Source: Eledone cirrhosa
Taxonomy: Eukaryota
Assembly: GCA_964016885.1 (NCBI GenBank)
Contig: OZ024750.1
Span: 50,158,001 to 50,222,000, forward strand
Direction: 5' to 3'
DNA length: 64,000 nt
Both the position numbers and the translations under genes were made by a program. Below, piece by piece: positions 28,852 to 43,437 of the stretch (the first letter of the stretch is position 1; every line of letters starts with the position of its first letter). The notes beneath the pieces are model-generated. The model was not told the DNA's origin and made no database searches. It was given only the letters and a program-made list of their open reading frames with translations.

Positions 28852-30788
28852 AAAAAGGGATGAAATCGAAAATGCGACTGAAGTCTTATTTTTTAAAAAA
28901 ATATATATATTTATTTGGTTCCTTTACCGGTTTCGCAGTTCTCCTGCTTTTCAAAAGGTGAGTTGAGATGGAGGGTCTGTGGTTTTTCTCACATCTGGTT
29001 GGTCTCTAAATGTTACTTGTTTTATATGGAAAAAGTGGCTCGAAAACCAGGTTTTTCGAGAAGTAATTTGATTGGTTTGTCAATAATTATAATAAATTTC
29101 GCGCCAAATAATCAAAAGCAAAAGACAACCAAAATCACTGAAAACATTACTCACCAATGCCAAATTACCTACCACAAACCCACAACCAAGTATCAAAAAA
29201 TGTGGTCGCTCTAATTGTGGAACCTGCACTCACCTCATTGAAGGCAACACGTATACATTTAAATCAGGACAAAATTTTACTGTAAAAAATCACTTCACTT
29301 GCTCATCAAAAAATCTAGTTTATGCCATTAAATGTAAAGGATGCAATGAAGATTATATAGGACAAACTAAACTCACACTCAGAAACAGAATGACAGTTCA
29401 TCGCCAACAATTACGAGATCCAACCACGAGACAGATACCACTAAGTGCACATCTAGACATTTGCGCAAGTAATAAGACACCCAAATTCCAAGTCTTCCCA
29501 TTTTACCTTTGCGCTAACAATACAACAGAACAAATGCGAATAAATAAGGAAAATATGTTTATTCAAAAATATAGACCAACATTAAATAAGGTTTAATATA
29601 CATTATGTCAACACCACAATATGACATACACACACACACATAACACCTTCTACTTTAGAAAATAAAAACCCGAACTAAATAAACCTTAAACATACGTTTG
29701 CACTGGCAATACAATAGCAAACACGAAAAAGTCAGGAAAATATGTTCATTCAAAAATATTCCTACTAAAGGAATCATTTTCCTACACACACACATACACA
29801 CACACAATATATATATATATATATATATTCTCTTCATCTTAACAAGCTAACCATACTCCCACACACATAACACCCATACACACACATAACAACCCCCACA
29901 CCTACAACACCCTCCCCATTTCTACTAATAGAACCACTTTCCTACACACATATATATATACACACACACAAAATATATATTCTCTCTATCTAACATACTC
30001 GCACACACACACATAACACACAACTCCCTCCCCCATCTCTACTAATAGAATCATCTTCCAATACACACATACACACACACACACACACACATATATACAC
30101 ACACACAAGCACACAAATAAACACATATCTTCAGTCTCAATAGAAAATCTGAACTCTGACACCTGAACTCTGACAGCTGGCCATATTCACTGAACCAGAA
30201 CATTTCTCCCAATCCCTTTTCCCTTGACCACTATCTCTCCATTGTCATAACATTCACTATAAAGACTACAGAATAGTTTTCCAAATAAGGGCGCAAAAAT
30301 GTAATGAAAACTTGTTCACGTGACAGCCAAATTTCATTTATAACCAACCAAAAAAAAGCCTTCGTGAGCCTCATTTTTTCAAGTAAAAAGAAATTCAAAC
30401 ACTCATATATGAAAAACAACCTGTGACAACCCCCCCCCCTCTCTTATTTGAAGAACTATTGTAACGCGAACTGGCGCGAAATTTATTATAATTATTGACA
30501 AACCAATCAAATTACTTCTCGAAAAACCTGGTTTTCGAGCCACTTTTTCCATATAAAACAAGTAACATTTAGAGACCAACCAGATGTGAGAAAAACCACA
30601 GACCCTCCATCTCAACTCACCTTTTGAAAAGCAGAAGAACTGCGAAACCGGTAAAGGAACCAAATAAATATATATATTTTTTAAAAAAATAAGACTTCAG
30701 TTGCATTTTCGATTTCATCCCTTTTTCTTTATACTTCCACTCGTGTAGGACACCTCGGTTATTTTTCATTTTGTAAAAAAAACCTCAC

Positions 30789-30795
<7 letters not shown>
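28848..30795 (+). mobile_element. 5' truncated Neptune-like PLE: inverted pLTR 28848-29106, GIY-YIG fragment 29107-29596, 3' UTR with HHR (family I)
   Basis: KCGRSNCGTC..FTCSSKNLVYAIKCKGC..YIGQT..LRNRMTVH..SAH; 28848-29106 is the reverse complement of ~30472-30730. Confidence 0.88.
30620..30657 (+). ncRNA. Minimal type I HHR (U3-A8), family I (also 21044-21081 -, 28921-28958 -, 55129-55166 +)
   Basis: CCTT-TTGAAAA-GCAG AAGAA CTGC-GAAA-CCGG-TA-AAGG. Confidence 0.8.
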
Positions 30796-30863
<68 letters not shown>

Positions 30864-30919
30864 TTCAAGAAACCAGTGGTAAATGAATTGATTATCTTAT
30901 GTTGTTTATTACATAACTA

Positions 30920-33100
30920 AAAAGCCTACATAGAGCACTCTTTTTTCCTGTACCTTTCCGACTTTGATATTAAATCTCGCAAATACCTTCCTAGAGTTAA
31001 GGACATGGCTAACTTCGAAATAGACCTAGTTAACATGACAAATGAATTAAAATACCGTAAGATCTACAACAATTTTCAATCCAAACTCGTTAACGACATT
31101 TCTAACAATAATTTCGTTTTTCAAAAATCTTTATGAAGATAATGACAATTCGTATAGTCAACTATTAACAGATAGTATCACTGCTAAATACAAAAAAGCT
31201 AACATGAATACTTATAATACCATTAATAATGAAGCTAAAGCCCTAGCTGTGCTTTAAAAATTGATAAACGAATTGAAAGCGTAGCTAAACCTAAATAATG
31301 TATTACCCTTAAAGACCATAAATTAGACATTACTAATCGACCCAGTTGTTGGCTAATCAACCCTGCTAAATCTAAAATTGGTCTTGCGAGTAAAAAAATC
31401 CTAAGAAATATAATACTTCAAATAAGAATTAAGACTGACTTATCCCAATGGTTAAATACTTCCTCTGTTATTTCTTGGTTTAATAATATACAAAGAAAAA
31501 ATAAGTGTGGACTTACCCAAATTGATATTTTTGATTTTACTCCTCTATCACAGAATCCTTATTAAATAAAGCCTTAGATTTTGCTAGACGTTTCATTAAT
31601 ATTTCTGAATTAGAAGATATTACCTTACATACTAGGAAAATACGACATTTTGCTAATGAAGGTACTTGGGTTAAAAAATCAAGCCCTGAAAATCTTTTGA
31701 TGTTGCGATTGGCTCATATGATAGCGCCGATGTGTGCTACTTAGTAGGATTATACCTCCTCCACACCCTTAAAGAAAGTTTCCTTGCCATAATATCGGCT
31801 TATACTGAGACGATGGTTTGGCTGTTTCTCATAACACCAACGGCCATAAATTTGATAAATTCCGTAAAGATTTAATCAATACCTTTGCTAACTTAAACCT
31901 AAAAATTACTATAGATACGAATCTCACTAATACCAAGTTCCTTGATATCAATCTTGACCTACTTACTGCCTCTTTTAAACCCTATCATAAACCCAATGAA
32001 AATTTAAGATATATACACAAAACGTCTTGCCATCCCCTTATAGTCTTTAAAGATCTCATTCCTAATATTAGTCGTAGGATAATAAACTTATCTTCTTATG
32101 TAGACATTTTAAATAAAGCTGCCTCTTAATATAATAAGGTGCTCAAAAACAGCGTCTTCCCAGAACAAATTAAATATTTACCTACTCCTCTTTCTAACAC
32201 TATACACAATAACAGGAAAAGAAAAATTATTTGATTTACACATTCCTTCTCTCTAACTGTTAAAACTAATGTAGGAAGAACTTTCCTCGAACTTCTAGAC
32301 AAACACATTTCCCCAAATCATAGATATAATAAAAAGTAACGATCGACTTTCGTCAAATCGGACCGAGGGAACAATGTTTCCGTTGGTCTTTCCAATTGCT
32401 AATACTAACTATCGGTCGCAACTCCAGGTAGAAAGAGCAACGTGAAATGAAGTGTCTTGCTCACGGACATAACGCATCGCCTGGTTCAGGAATCGAACTC
32501 ACAACCTTACGATTGCGAATCCAATTCTCTAACCACTCAGCCACACGCCTTCACAGTTATAATAAAATGTTTAATAAAAAGTTAGTTAAAATCAGCTGCC
32601 CATCAATGAAAACTAAAATTACCAACTCAAATGCTACTAGAGGAAATCCAGGATGCAGCTGTAAGAAACCAGAATAATGCCCATTACAGGGCAAATGTAA
32701 TACTAAATCCATTGTGTATGAGACCAAATTAACACTGATTATGAATAACCAGCTAGCCAGAAGTGAGCGATATGTTGGCATGACTCAGGACATATTTAAA
32801 ACCAGGTATTATGCACACGTGGCTTCTTTCAAACACCCTGAACAAAGAACATAAACGGCGCTGGCAAATAAAGTGTGGGATTTTAATGACAGGAACTGTC
32901 CATACTCTATTGATTGGTCTATTTTAGACCACTCAAGAGAATACTAAAGGCGCACACAGAAATGTTCTTTGTGTACTACGGAAAAATTTAGAATCCTACA
33001 AAACCTGAAAACCCCTCTTGCCTCAACTCTAAGACCGAGATCTTTAGATGCTGTCCACACCTGAATTCGCATCTAATTTTTGGCTGGATTAACACAACAA
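30920..33100 (+). pseudogene. Decayed Hydra-clade-like PLE (RT + GIY-YIG); probable 3' UTR to ~33600
   Basis: ITLKDHK..PSCWLINPAKSKIG..SKKIL, FDVAIGSYDSADVCYLVGL, GLY*DDGL, FLDINLDL, CSCKKPE*CPL, YVGMT..FKTRYYAH, CSLCTTEK. Confidence 0.88.
32335..32557 (-). mobile_element. Full-length CORE-like tRNA SINE nested in the PLE with a 10-bp TSD
   Basis: TSD TATAATAAAA at 32325-32334 and 32558-32567; removal restores PNHRYNKMFNKK. Confidence 0.88.
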
Positions 33101-33615
33101 CTATTACTCAACCACCCTGAGCTTCCTATTTACATATTACGTCTTCGACTCACTACCATGAACATTACTTCTTACCCAGTTTATCATATAAACTCATATT
33201 TTCTACCAATATATACATTTTTTCTCCCTCATGTATATCTATTTTTTCATTTGATTTAGACCAATACACACAGACTTTTTTTCTACCATACCTTTAAGAC
33301 ATACACACCCACCACTTTCATATTGTACTCTACCTTTACCTAGATCACTTTTTAACTATATACCCTTATCCAGATCTCTTAACACACACTTACCTTCTAC
33401 CACAATTTATACACCCCTTGTCTCCCTCACATGTTCATCTTAATTCATTATATTATTTGAATTTAATTATACTCCCCCTTGTTGGCAGCCACCATATGCG
33501 TGTAGGGTATATTATTATAAGGATGTCCTTCCTATATATGCACATATTGTATGTATTCATATACTTTTGTCTTTCACATGTGTTTACTCATGTGTACATA
33601 TGTATATGTCTCTCC

Positions 33616-33646
<31 letters not shown>

Positions 33647-33658
33647 CATATCTGTGTG

Positions 33659-33723
<65 letters not shown>

Positions 33724-33759
33724 AGTCTTGTGTGGGTATGTCAGCGTGCACATATATAT

Positions 33760-34012
33760 ATCTTCAGTTTCATATTCAGTGGCGACAGTCAAGTGAAAAT
33801 TGCCAACTTGACTGTCACCACTGAATATAAACCTGAAGAGTGAGAAAGTATGAGAGTACCTGTTCAATTACGATTTAACATTTCATATTATACCATACTA
33901 TTTCATGATAATTCCATTATAATTTTAAAAGATTCTGAACAAAACGAGTAAATCAGACAAAGCTGGAATTCCTTTTATTAATATAATCTTCTATACACAA
34001 TCATACAAACCC

Positions 34013-34016
<4 letters not shown>
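33760..34016 (+). mobile_element. Family E copy 2 (short inverted arm, decayed HHR)
   Basis: Homology to 2971-3190. Confidence 0.8.
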
Positions 34017-34090
<74 letters not shown>

Positions 34091-34093
<3 letters not shown>

Positions 34094-34507
34094 AAGGTTC
34101 TATTTAAATTGTTGGGATACAACAAGTAAATATTTTTATAACTGATATAAAGCACTCGACAAGTATTGGGAGTAGATATACGATATTAACAAATGGAAAC
34201 TATATTTATAAAATCCTTATTTATTTCATTATACATATTTCAAGGATACCAAGTTAAATTATGGTATGCCTTCATCAGACAAAATACAATATATACCAAT
34301 TTTATAAATAAACATTGACGTACCCTTTCAAAATGCGACCTGTTGTAACGGTCGCATTTTGAAAGGGTACGTCAATGTTTATTTATAAAATTGGTATATA
34401 TTGTATTTTGTCTGATGAAGGCATACCATAATTTAACTTGGTATCCTTGAAATATGTATAATGAAATAAATATGGTTTTATAAATATAGTTTCCATTTGT
34501 TAATATC

Positions 34508-34514
<7 letters not shown>
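34091..34514. mobile_element. Family A fold-back copy, centre ~34345; HHR at 34404-34468 (+) with a mirror on -
   Basis: TATTTTGT-CTGATGA-AGGcATACCA..TGGTATCCTT-GAAA-TATGTA-TA-ATGAAATA. Confidence 0.88.
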
Positions 34515-34856
<342 letters not shown>

Positions 34857-35440
34857 TATATGTATATGTGTATGGAGAGATATGCATGTATGAGTTCATG
34901 TGTGAGTGTGCTCCTGTGTGTGTGCATGTGTGAGCAAAAGATCACACGTTTATATGTGTGTTCGTATTTCCATGTAGACACAGATACACTTATGTGAGAA
35001 TGTATACGTCTACGTACAATTACGTATAAGCGTGTGTGTATGTTTATGTTCTGGATAATTATTTATATATTTTTTACAACTCAATGTTTTGCACGTTATT
35101 TTATTTCAGCCTGACTTTCATATTTCCTAAATTTAGTTTTCAAATCCATATTTAATAAACATTCCAGTTTATTCATTCTTGCGACTGAGGCCATATAAAT
35201 ATATGTTTGCAAGAAACCACTGGTAAATGAATTAATTATCTGATGATGTTTATTACATAACTATATATATATAAAAAGTATCGTCTTCCTGTCTTCCTCC
35301 GGTTGGAACATTTTTTGAAATATTCACTTCTGCGTTCACAGATAGACTTTGTAAGTTTCTGAAGATCCCGTTAAGCGTGAGAGCAGCGATTCTTTGCTTA
35401 ACTTTAATCTTTTATTTTAATAAATATTTATATATATATA

Positions 35441-35726
35441 TAGGAACGAGTAGGACCCCGACGGCTGAGCTCAAGCCGTTTCGACGGCTAATTCTGGACT
35501 ATATATATGGACTATAATTCTGGACATATATATATATATATAGGAACAAGTAAGACCCCGACGGCTGAGCTCAAGCCGTTTCGACTGCTAATTCAGAATT
35601 AGCCGTCGAAACGACTTGAGCTCAGCCGTCGGGGTCTTACTTGTACCTATTACCCACTCTACTACCCTAAGTATTGAGTACTTTGGTGCGTTATGGTCCA
35701 CCTGGTTCCTTACCACATTTCCTTCG

Positions 35727-35728
<2 letters not shown>
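35441..35728. mobile_element. Family L copy 2 with two successive inverted fragments
   Basis: 35441-35500 and 35541-35592 inverted, 35593-35728 forward. Confidence 0.78.
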
Positions 35729-35770
<42 letters not shown>

Positions 35771-35947
35771 GCGCGTTTCACCACTGATCATCTCAAGTTT
35801 CGATCTGCATCAATCTTACCTGACACTGTAATCTGCGGCTCGACGGACCCCTCGAAATGCTAGTAGCTCTACACCTCGACACTGAAGTGAACCTAAACAT
35901 CGAGTGCTCACCCGGGCGAACCTACAGTAACTCCAAGTTACACTCCC

Positions 35948-35979
<32 letters not shown>

Positions 35980-36107
35980 ATTTTTTCTCCTTTTATATTG
36001 TGGTGTGCGGTGTTTTATGTATGTGTTTTTATTTTATTTTTATTATTTTTTTTTTTTTCTTGTCACAGAGGTCTTTTTTTAGCGGGTAATTTATTTCAAA
36101 AAACGGT

Positions 36108-36191
36108 TTCATCCTTCCGGGGTCGATAGAATAAAGTACCAGTAATGCACTGGGTAATTGCTGGCCTTGTGCCAAAAGTAGAAACAATTAT
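36108..36191 (+). mobile_element. 3' fragment of the 51279-family SINE
   Basis: TTTCATCCTTCCGGGGTCGATAG..GTAGAAACAATT. Confidence 0.75.
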
Positions 36192-36384
36192 TAGAGATGG
36201 CCTTCAATCGCCTTTTTAAAGAGAAGTTAATTTTGGAAATTATTGTTGTATCACCAATTTCTCTTTTATTTCGTGGTGTGCGCGCGCGCGCGTGTGTGTC
36301 TGGGTGTATGGGTGTGGGGGGTGTACCTATGTATGTATGAATATGCATCGGTTTGTATATGTGTATGTGCTTTATCAATAGATC

Positions 36385-37925
36385 CTAATCGAGTAGCTAG
36401 TTCAGATCCAGGGGGAGCATCCACGAACATAACACTCTCGTATCTCTGGTTGTCGTGACATGATTTAACTTACCCTATCTTCTGCCTTGTTTTATGCTAT
36501 TCCATTACTTGCTCATGTACAGCGGGCAAATCGCTTATATATCCATCTCTATGACGTCGTTGTATGATACCGTGGCCCCCTTGTACACCCTGAGTCTTTC
36601 TCTTTGTTTTGCAAGTAATTGATGAAGTGTTGTACATGGCTTTCCATTTCATTTGGATCGCACATACGGGACACATTCTTCATCACTCTTACTGAGTCCC
36701 CGATCAGGTTATTAAACTTAGAACTATTGGACAGAGCTGAGGTTTTGAGTACAAGGTATTTAGATGCCATGGATTTAGCATAATGTGAGTGGAGGATTTG
36801 GGTTTTCTCGTTTATAGTGTTTAACCAGAGTTCCATATCTAATACTGGTAGTTTATTGTTAGGGTGTTTGGAAGGGTAGTCGATAATTACTGCGATTTTC
36901 TGGTGTATAGAGTTAGCTATTTGCTGGATGCTCTCCATGGTGTTAGCTTTTAATTTGGGTTTATGTGTACACTTTTGTGGAGGTGTTTTTATTACTATAT
37001 CAATGTCCTCTACAAAACGAGAATACAGGATGAGGGCTGTGGAGTACCTTGCTGGGTTTTCTTTGAGTATCGTTTCCCACCATATCATAAATATTGTTAT
37101 CGAGTGGCTTTGGTTCATCCGTTCCATCCTTCTATGTGAGTCGTTGTTCCTATCGAAGTTATGATAGGAGGTCTACCTCGTATTCGTCTACTGAGGCAGA
37201 AGCAATGAAGGTCATGATTATCTATATATTCTCTGACAGTTGTAAGTCTTAAGTAAGTCTAAGTAGGAGGCCCATTTAATCCGTGCCAACGTCACAGAAG
37301 TCTACCTCACTCTCATTGATTATCTCTACACATTTTCCACAGCAAAATCAATGTCAATGGACACTACATCCATGCTGCTTATTATGCAATTTGTCAGGTC
37401 TTCAGTGTAGTTGCAGTCATTGATTCTGCTGTAGAGGTCCTTTGTGCTGCCACACACATCTGGAGACATCTTAATTATGGAGTACTTAATCATAGAGAGC
37501 AGGTTGATCCTGTATATGCTGGATACATTATGGTGGTCCTCTTATAGGGTCGATGGCTTTTTTCTGGTCTTTGCTGAGTCCATAAAGTATAGCGTTGTTA
37601 GAGGCTTGGAAGTTATTGGCTGTGCTTCTACTTGGTCTTTGGATGATATTCCACATCATGATGTGAGCATTGAGGATCCTTCCTCTTGCCTCATGTGTCT
37701 GTGGTTTTATTTCACTCGTGTGTATGAGGTGGGGTTGCATAGCCTTGATGTAATTCGATATGCTGTCTATTTACATTCTGCTGGATTTGTCTGTAGGTAG
37801 ACACACTATCTCAGCATCCCTTTGGCGATGCATGAGGCTACGTAGGCCTTCTGCAGGTTTTCTCTCAAGTTGTTGGATCTCCTAGTGTAATGTTTCACTA
37901 TCTCACTAAATTTATTCCTAGCTAT
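36385..37925 (-). pseudogene. Older decayed PLE RT fragment, same type as 8828-10700
   Basis: [61 protein letters not shown]. Confidence 0.85.
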
Positions 37926-38782
37926 GATGAATTGTGCTTCTTTTTGGTCTTCTAGCCGCTGTGGTATGCAGAATTGTATAAATATTACCCTCCGCAAATA
38001 GGTAGTCTTCATCACCATATGGTACTGAATATATTAAACTGTACAGTTTGAGAGTTAATAGAATAACATAGAAACGACTACATTCCACTCCTCCAGTTAT
38101 TTGCCTTGTCAAAGGCACTTTTTCTTTCATTAAATATCTACAACTGGTTAGCTCAGCCACATTATGGTAGAATGGATGTTTGTAGAAGAGTTAGTATTCT
38201 AAATTTCCTACGAAATATGATTTTATTGACAACGTCCCTACACACATTGAGACAATTAGATTTATAGATCTCTCGTAACCGCTTTTCTGCTTTCCTGTTT
38301 CCAAAATAAGGTTTACCATTTCTATATGTATTTAGAGGAATCGGTATTTCCAGCAGTTTTGAAGAATCTCTCCATTTCCCAAGGTTTCTATATGGCATGA
38401 TGTGGCAATTAAATTTATAAAATGTAATGATCTCTTGTAGCCATCTTTCTTCCTATTTTCTTGGTTTCAAAAGAATCTGTACATTTTCATGTCAATTGCA
38501 TGACATTATAATTGTAAGGGCTGGCCTTGGCGATACATCTCACTGGTAATTTGAAAACTAAACTCGGAAGTGATAATTTTTAATAAGTGTCACGCACATA
38601 TACATATACTTCCAATAAATCTCCTTGGTTTGCCTTAATACTTTCACGTTTATTTACTCCAAAATATATTTCATAAAACATCCAATTAAATCAATGTTTT
38701 CTGAGATAGAAACATTTATGTATGCACCCTACATACTCAAATGCTGAAAATGTTGCATTAGTAGTAATATCATTTTTTTATG

Positions 38783-39055
38783 GGGCGCCAGTTAGGTGTT
38801 CGGCTCAGAACCTTACACTACCAGCAGTCATATAGTGTCCTGGAGCAAAACAATTTATTTTACGTTGCTCCTGTCTACTTAACTGGTAACAATGACATAT
38901 ACATGTAAGACGAAGGCCCAGTCTAGTCAACACTGCACCACGCAGAGAAATCCATTGAATATATAAGTATCTGTGGATTGCTTTACCAATGGTGCCTTAA
39001 TTTGACAAGTAGGCTGTTCCCTTGTTCAAACGCCTGAAACACTATTCGTAGAGGT
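38783..39055 (+). mobile_element. Old CORE-like SINE remnant (related remnant at ~48830-49150)
   Basis: GTGTCCTGGAGCAAAACAATTTATTTTACGTTGCTCC. Confidence 0.45.
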
Positions 39056-39399
39056 CCAATACACACACACATATTTAGAATAATTCATTATTCTGATACA
39101 ATCAGAATTGTTAGGGAACATGGCAGGGGTAGTCCCTTGAAGTAAAACCCCATTTTAGAATATTGTTGCATGAGGATCAATCAGAACTTTGCAAATCATT
39201 CTACCAACAATCCAAAATGATGTGATAACTTACAAAAGATATGTGGTAGTCAGAAATTAATGTTTCATCAAGGAGGTTAGTGAGGGTGACAACTAGAGAG
39301 AGAGCGTGTGTGCGCGCGTTTGTGTTTGTGTGTGTGCGTGAGAGAGAGAGAGAGAGAGAGAGAGAGTGAGAGAGAGAGATAGAGAGAGAGAGTATGTGT

Positions 39400-39435
<36 letters not shown>

Positions 39436-39486
39436 CAAGGAGACAACATACAGGGGTTTCACGATCTATACTGGAAAGATGAAAGA

Positions 39487-39525
39487 AATTTCGACGTCTC
39501 GGGCTTTAGCCCTTCTTCTAGATTA
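39487..39525 (-). ncRNA. Decayed minimal HHR in a ~130-bp (TA)n-flanked fragment
   Basis: Minus strand CTaGAAGA-AGGGCTAAAGCCC-GAgA-CG-TC. Confidence 0.45.
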
Positions 39526-39558
39526 CAAAATAGAGACAGGATCATAATGGAGAAACTT

Positions 39559-39598
<40 letters not shown>

Positions 39599-39601
<3 letters not shown>

Positions 39602-40337
39602 GTATATATATATATAAAATTAAGTATGTGTGTGTGTCTGTGTGTCTGTGTGTCTGTGTATTACATATAGGGGCCTACATCTTACGACCTATTTTCATTC
39701 AACTTTACAGGCTCATAGATTCGTCATCGCGGAGTATTCTCTATATACCAGCGTATCGTTTTTTTTTTCCGGGGATAAAAATCGATAGGGGGGGTCACTT
39801 TGTTTTAGGTATCGAAAAATAACATTTTGCCACCAATTTCGTTCAAATTTTAAAGCAAAATAGAATTTACTATTAAACATCCTGCGATGGCTTCATAATT
39901 TGCATCTGTTGTTATTGGACGGCTTGGCAGCTGCTTAAATATTCAAAAATGCCACCTTTTAGCTCAAATTTCGGCCTTTCGGCTGTAGCTCCTATATTTT
40001 TCAACCGATTTCGTTCAAATTCGAAACTTCGGCTCCCCCTCACACATAAATCAATTTATTTGGTTCAACTTTTATACTACTTTAGAACCTATAATTGCAC
40101 ATCTTATAGTAGTTTTAGACTTTGCATCTTTTGTTCAGGGACGGCGTGGCAGCCGTTTAACTCTTCAAAATACGATGTTTTCCACCTCCCACATGTTCAT
40201 ACGATTTCACTCAACATTTCGCCATTTGCTACACCTTACGACCCATTTTCAAGAAACTCGCAGTCGCTAAGATCAACACGTTTTCATCAAAGCAGATATT
40301 ATTTTACCTACCCAGGCAACGCTGGGTACTGCTGCTA

Positions 40338-40338
<1 letters not shown>
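39599..40338 (+). mobile_element. Non-autonomous Helitron
   Basis: 5' TC, (GTCTGTGT)n near the 5' end, 3' hairpin TACCCAG-gcaacg-CTGGGTA, CTAG terminus, inserted between A and T without TSD. Confidence 0.8.
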
Positions 40339-40386
<48 letters not shown>

Positions 40387-41997
40387 CTTCACTATGTACC
40401 GCAGTATGTGATACAAACAAGTGAGATATATCTAATACACCATTAGCTAGCTGGTTTATAAATAATATATTCCATTATAGTATATTCAAGGTACTCAAAT
40501 CTCTTCCATATATGAAAGATTTCCTCTTCCATAAGTATCTAATATATCTATAATATTTATGACAAACAGTCAAACGCAATAACCTCTATACGGCAATTAC
40601 CACCTATTTTGTTACAAAATATACCTGACGTAGTTTACTGAATTAGAAGTGAACCATTCGTACAGCTCAATGGATTTTACTCTGTTGAATTGTCGAATGA
40701 ATTACAAACTTCTTCATTCATTTGTATGAATGCACACCAAGTAATATTTCTTTCTTTTTATTTACCAGTCGTATTTTGTTCGTCTGTATGAGAATACGCC
40801 AGATGAAAGGGAATAAAATAAAATAATTCTCCAAGCTTGATATTTTGAGGTAGAAATTACATTCAGATTATTCATAAGCACTAAATTCAACTACAAATAA
40901 TTTAATTTCGTTATGTGTTTACGCCAATTTCTGTACATCATTCTATATCCAATTGAATAGTTTCTCTCAAGAGCCAGTCTGGATAGTAGGAAAAATATAT
41001 TAGGTCGTGGAGCGTTAATAAGAAACCCAGACATATCCGGAATAGTCACCGTGCTTGCTAAAGATCAAATTTACTTAATATCAGATTGTTGATAATGCTT
41101 ATTTCATTCTAACTCACGTAATTCTAATTTTGATTAATTAAGATTTCAATCTTGTCGGTCTCCTAATCTAATTTTCTAATTTCAACATTGAACTTATCGA
41201 AGTTTATGAAGCACATGAGAGACTATAATATCAAAGATTGTTTGTTCTATTCTATAAAGTAAAGGCGCGTGAATTATTACTACAACATATTCGTGAATAA
41301 ATCTAGTATGTAACTCCTTCAGGAGGAAAAAAGTCGATAATCGCCTATTTTATTGTCATATTTCAAGCATCACATTTCTTTGTTCTCTAACAAAAACCCA
41401 TTTTGAAATTGAGCTATTGTGTTCCTCTCATTACTGCAGGGAGAATGTTCATTAATTACTATTTTCTTGCTCACTACATTAAGTATTATCGCTAAAGAGC
41501 TAAAATAACACCGAATACATTCAATATAACTTAACTTCAAATCAGTGTGAATATCAACTTCTAAAGCTGAAACATTAATACTAGAGGCAAATGTAACAGA
41601 AAATGCGATCAAGATTACTTGCTATATGGTAGAATTAAATAACTTCAAAATATTATAATCATGAGCACTCGTCACTAATTTTAAAATAACTGAAAATAAC
41701 ATTTGCTTTGTAAAGGATGAAGAGAAACCGTAATAAATATTCATAAACGGAAAATAATGTTTTTAAAGAATTTTATTTTCGGAGTTATTTTTGTTGGTTA
41801 ACCCAAATCAGTACTCATCCGGAAGACCGATAATAAATATGTTTGTACCCTCAACTACCATACGGATTATTTGGCATAATGTACCTGGGAATACATTTTA
41901 CAATGTGCATATTTCTTCTTTTTAAGACTTGGTTTCTGATATATTTAGCTGTATTTCTAGTACATACACTGACTGAATGATCTTTCTTTGGCTCATT

Positions 41998-42181
41998 GTG
42001 GATTGGCAGTATCGGTAGAGGGTCGGACGCCATGCTTTACAGCATAGTTATGTCCCTTTACGATCTGAGTTCAAATCCCGCCGAGGTTGACTTTGCCTTT
42101 CATCCCTACGGGGTAGATAAAATAAAGTACCAGTAATGAACTGGGTAAGTGCTGGCCTTGTGCCTAAAGTAGAAACAATTA
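41998..42181 (+). mobile_element. tRNA-derived SINE (51279 family)
   Basis: Near-identical to 51279-51466. Confidence 0.9.
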
Positions 42182-42765
42182 TTTAAAAGAAAGTTAAGTT
42201 GTGAAATATTGTGATACATGTTCCAGCTAATTATTATCAATATGGTTTGGGAATTGATTATACGGAAGGGTCATAATATCAACGATTTAATGCTTCTATT
42301 ACACAGTTTTCACATGAAAATAAAATAAATTGTCTTTTCTTCGAAGCTTTTTCTCTAATTACTGATATTGCGTGAGTTATAAGCATAGAAACATTTTCAT
42401 ATTGAAGAATATTGTACTCCGTCAGAAGAGTAACATAGTGTAGATGCAATATATTCTCATGTCACATTTATATTTCAAACGTTCGTCTGGAAATGTATCG
42501 TATCACATTCAATTCAGTTACACCTTCAAGAAGTATACAAGGAATATAGAGTAAGGTATAAACATTCGATTAACTGAGACTAAATTTCTATTCTAGCGGA
42601 AACACGAGCTGTAGACAGATGATGTTCTGATGTTTGAATTTTATAAAAGAAAATAAAGACTAAAGGAGTATATGGCACTATTCAGAAGAATGCATTTATG
42701 TATATTAAACATATTTAGTCAGACAGTTAGGATTTTAAACTGTGATTATATCAGGCTGTGTTAGG

Positions 42766-42950
42766 GAGTTAGCAGTATCGGTAGAGGGTCGGACGTCCTG
42801 CTTTGACGCAAAGAAATACGGCCCTTTCCATTCTGAGTTCAAATCCCGCCAAAGTTAACTTTGCCTTTCATCCTTACGAGGTCGATAAAATAAAGTACCA
42901 GTAATGTACTGGTTAATTGCTGGCCTTGTGCCAAAATAAGAAACAATTAT
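42766..42950 (+). mobile_element. tRNA-derived SINE (51279 family), older copy
   Basis: Homology to 51279-51466. Confidence 0.85.
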
Positions 42951-43437
42951 TAGTTAAACCCAGCATAAACCTAGGTTGAAAAAATGGAATATTTAAAATA
43001 CATCAAGAAATGTTTGTTTATTATTAACTAATCAACTACATTAACTGTCGCACACTATATGTGGAACATAAACTCCTTTGTGCTCTGGAACAACCCTCTC
43101 CAAGGCAAGGAAAATGGTTGCACGCGATGAAATGATATCAAAAATGGTAGCCGCATACACTTAAAAATATAAATCATATTTGATAATACCCGCAAGTAAT
43201 AATTCTGGTCACCCCTGGGACTGTTTTGCAAATATGACTACCCGATCACTGCTGACCTGGCTTGAAACAGCAACATTGACAACAATCTTCCACACTCACA
43301 ACACATTTACAAATACCTGGTTCTAATATATTGAGATTTCAATTAACGGGGCTAGAATATTTTATTTGATTTTTGGAAAACGATAAATCCATTGAATGTA
43401 CCTTCTACATATTTGATTAAGGATGGTTAAATATAAT

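Noticed and set aside
40400-43400. Short ORFs in unique-looking AT-rich DNA (e.g. 41370-41612)
   Set aside because: No recognisable motifs or convincing exon structure
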